DNA of 28,052 nucleotides from a virus (Duplodnaviria; Heunggongvirae; Uroviricota; Caudoviricetes): IMG/VR virus record IMGVR_UViG_2534682331_000010; one strand, 5' to 3'. Shown piece by piece: positions 27,733 to 28,052 of this stretch (position 1 is its first letter; each line of letters starts with the position of its first letter). The notes under the pieces were generated by a model. It saw only the letters and a program-made list of their open reading frames with translations, ran no database searches and was not told where the DNA came from. The position numbers and the translations under genes were made by a program.

Positions 27733-28052
27733 GCCGCCCTCCTGACGCCCTGCCCGATCGCCATCAATGCCGCTTTGGATACGGTAGTAAACATCCGTCG
27801 AGGACTGATGAACGGTCGCCAAATCAGCAGCATGGAGCCTTTGCTGTTTCCCTTCTTCTCCAGCCCTGTCGATGGTTCGATAAAATTAATCCGTCCATCA
27901 GTGATAATGCGAACTTCGTCGACACTCTCCAGAGCCTTGCTGAACCATCCGACTGACATATCCTCTGGCACAAGCATCACTACCGTCTGTCGCTGTTGTA
28001 TGCACTGCTCAGCGGCTTTTTCCACCCACGGCCTGATATTGCTGTACGGTGG
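27729..28052 (-). CDS. Phage DNA N6-adenine methyltransferase (Dam-type), 5'-truncated by the window edge
   Basis: The frame is open to base 28052 and reads PPYSNIRPG... (part of the DPPY catalytic motif), then ...[14 protein letters not shown]...[14 protein letters not shown] overlap with ninE. Confidence 0.7.

Larger units (their letters stand above)
1..28052. mobile_element. P22-like temperate phage genome segment with a lambdoid/DLP12-like late-regulation and lysis module
   Basis: Continuous P22 gene order on the minus strand (terminase, portal, scaffold, coat, gp4, gp10, gp26, gp14, gp7, gp20, gp16, immI, tailspike) plus integrase, Q, nin genes and lysis cassette. Tight gene packing with ATGA/TAATG start-stop overlaps. 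Confidence 0.9.

Noticed and set aside
1..28052. CRISPR arrays, IS elements or transposases
   Set aside because: No regularly spaced identical repeats and no transposase-like ORF; the only repeats seen are short regulatory-type motifs.

Overview
The window is a contiguous ~28 kb stretch of a P22-like temperate podophage genome (enterobacterial, E. coli/Shigella-type mosaic), read here with the late operon on the minus strand. From right to left: a lambdoid nin region (5'-truncated Dam-type methyltransferase, ninE, rusA), a phage-21/DLP12-type Q antiterminator, an OmpC-family porin gene lying antisense between Q and the lysis genes, a phage-21-type lysis cassette (pinholin, SAR endolysin, Rz/Rz1), Rha, small and large terminase, portal, scaffold, coat, head-completion and ejection proteins, a P22 immI-like region (mnt, arc, an ant carrying an in-frame stop, and a predicted sar-like antisense RNA), the tailspike, a frameshifted AT-rich O-antigen acyltransferase, and a tyrosine integrase. 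The part least explained by known phage biology is an accessory locus between the ejection genes and mnt (about 6184-8129): a self-contained transcription unit for a 328-aa protein of unknown function, a divergent small secreted protein, and a four-copy ATGCTTGCAT motif array in their shared control region. All calls rest on reading the six-frame translations, remembered homologies and synteny; no database search was run.
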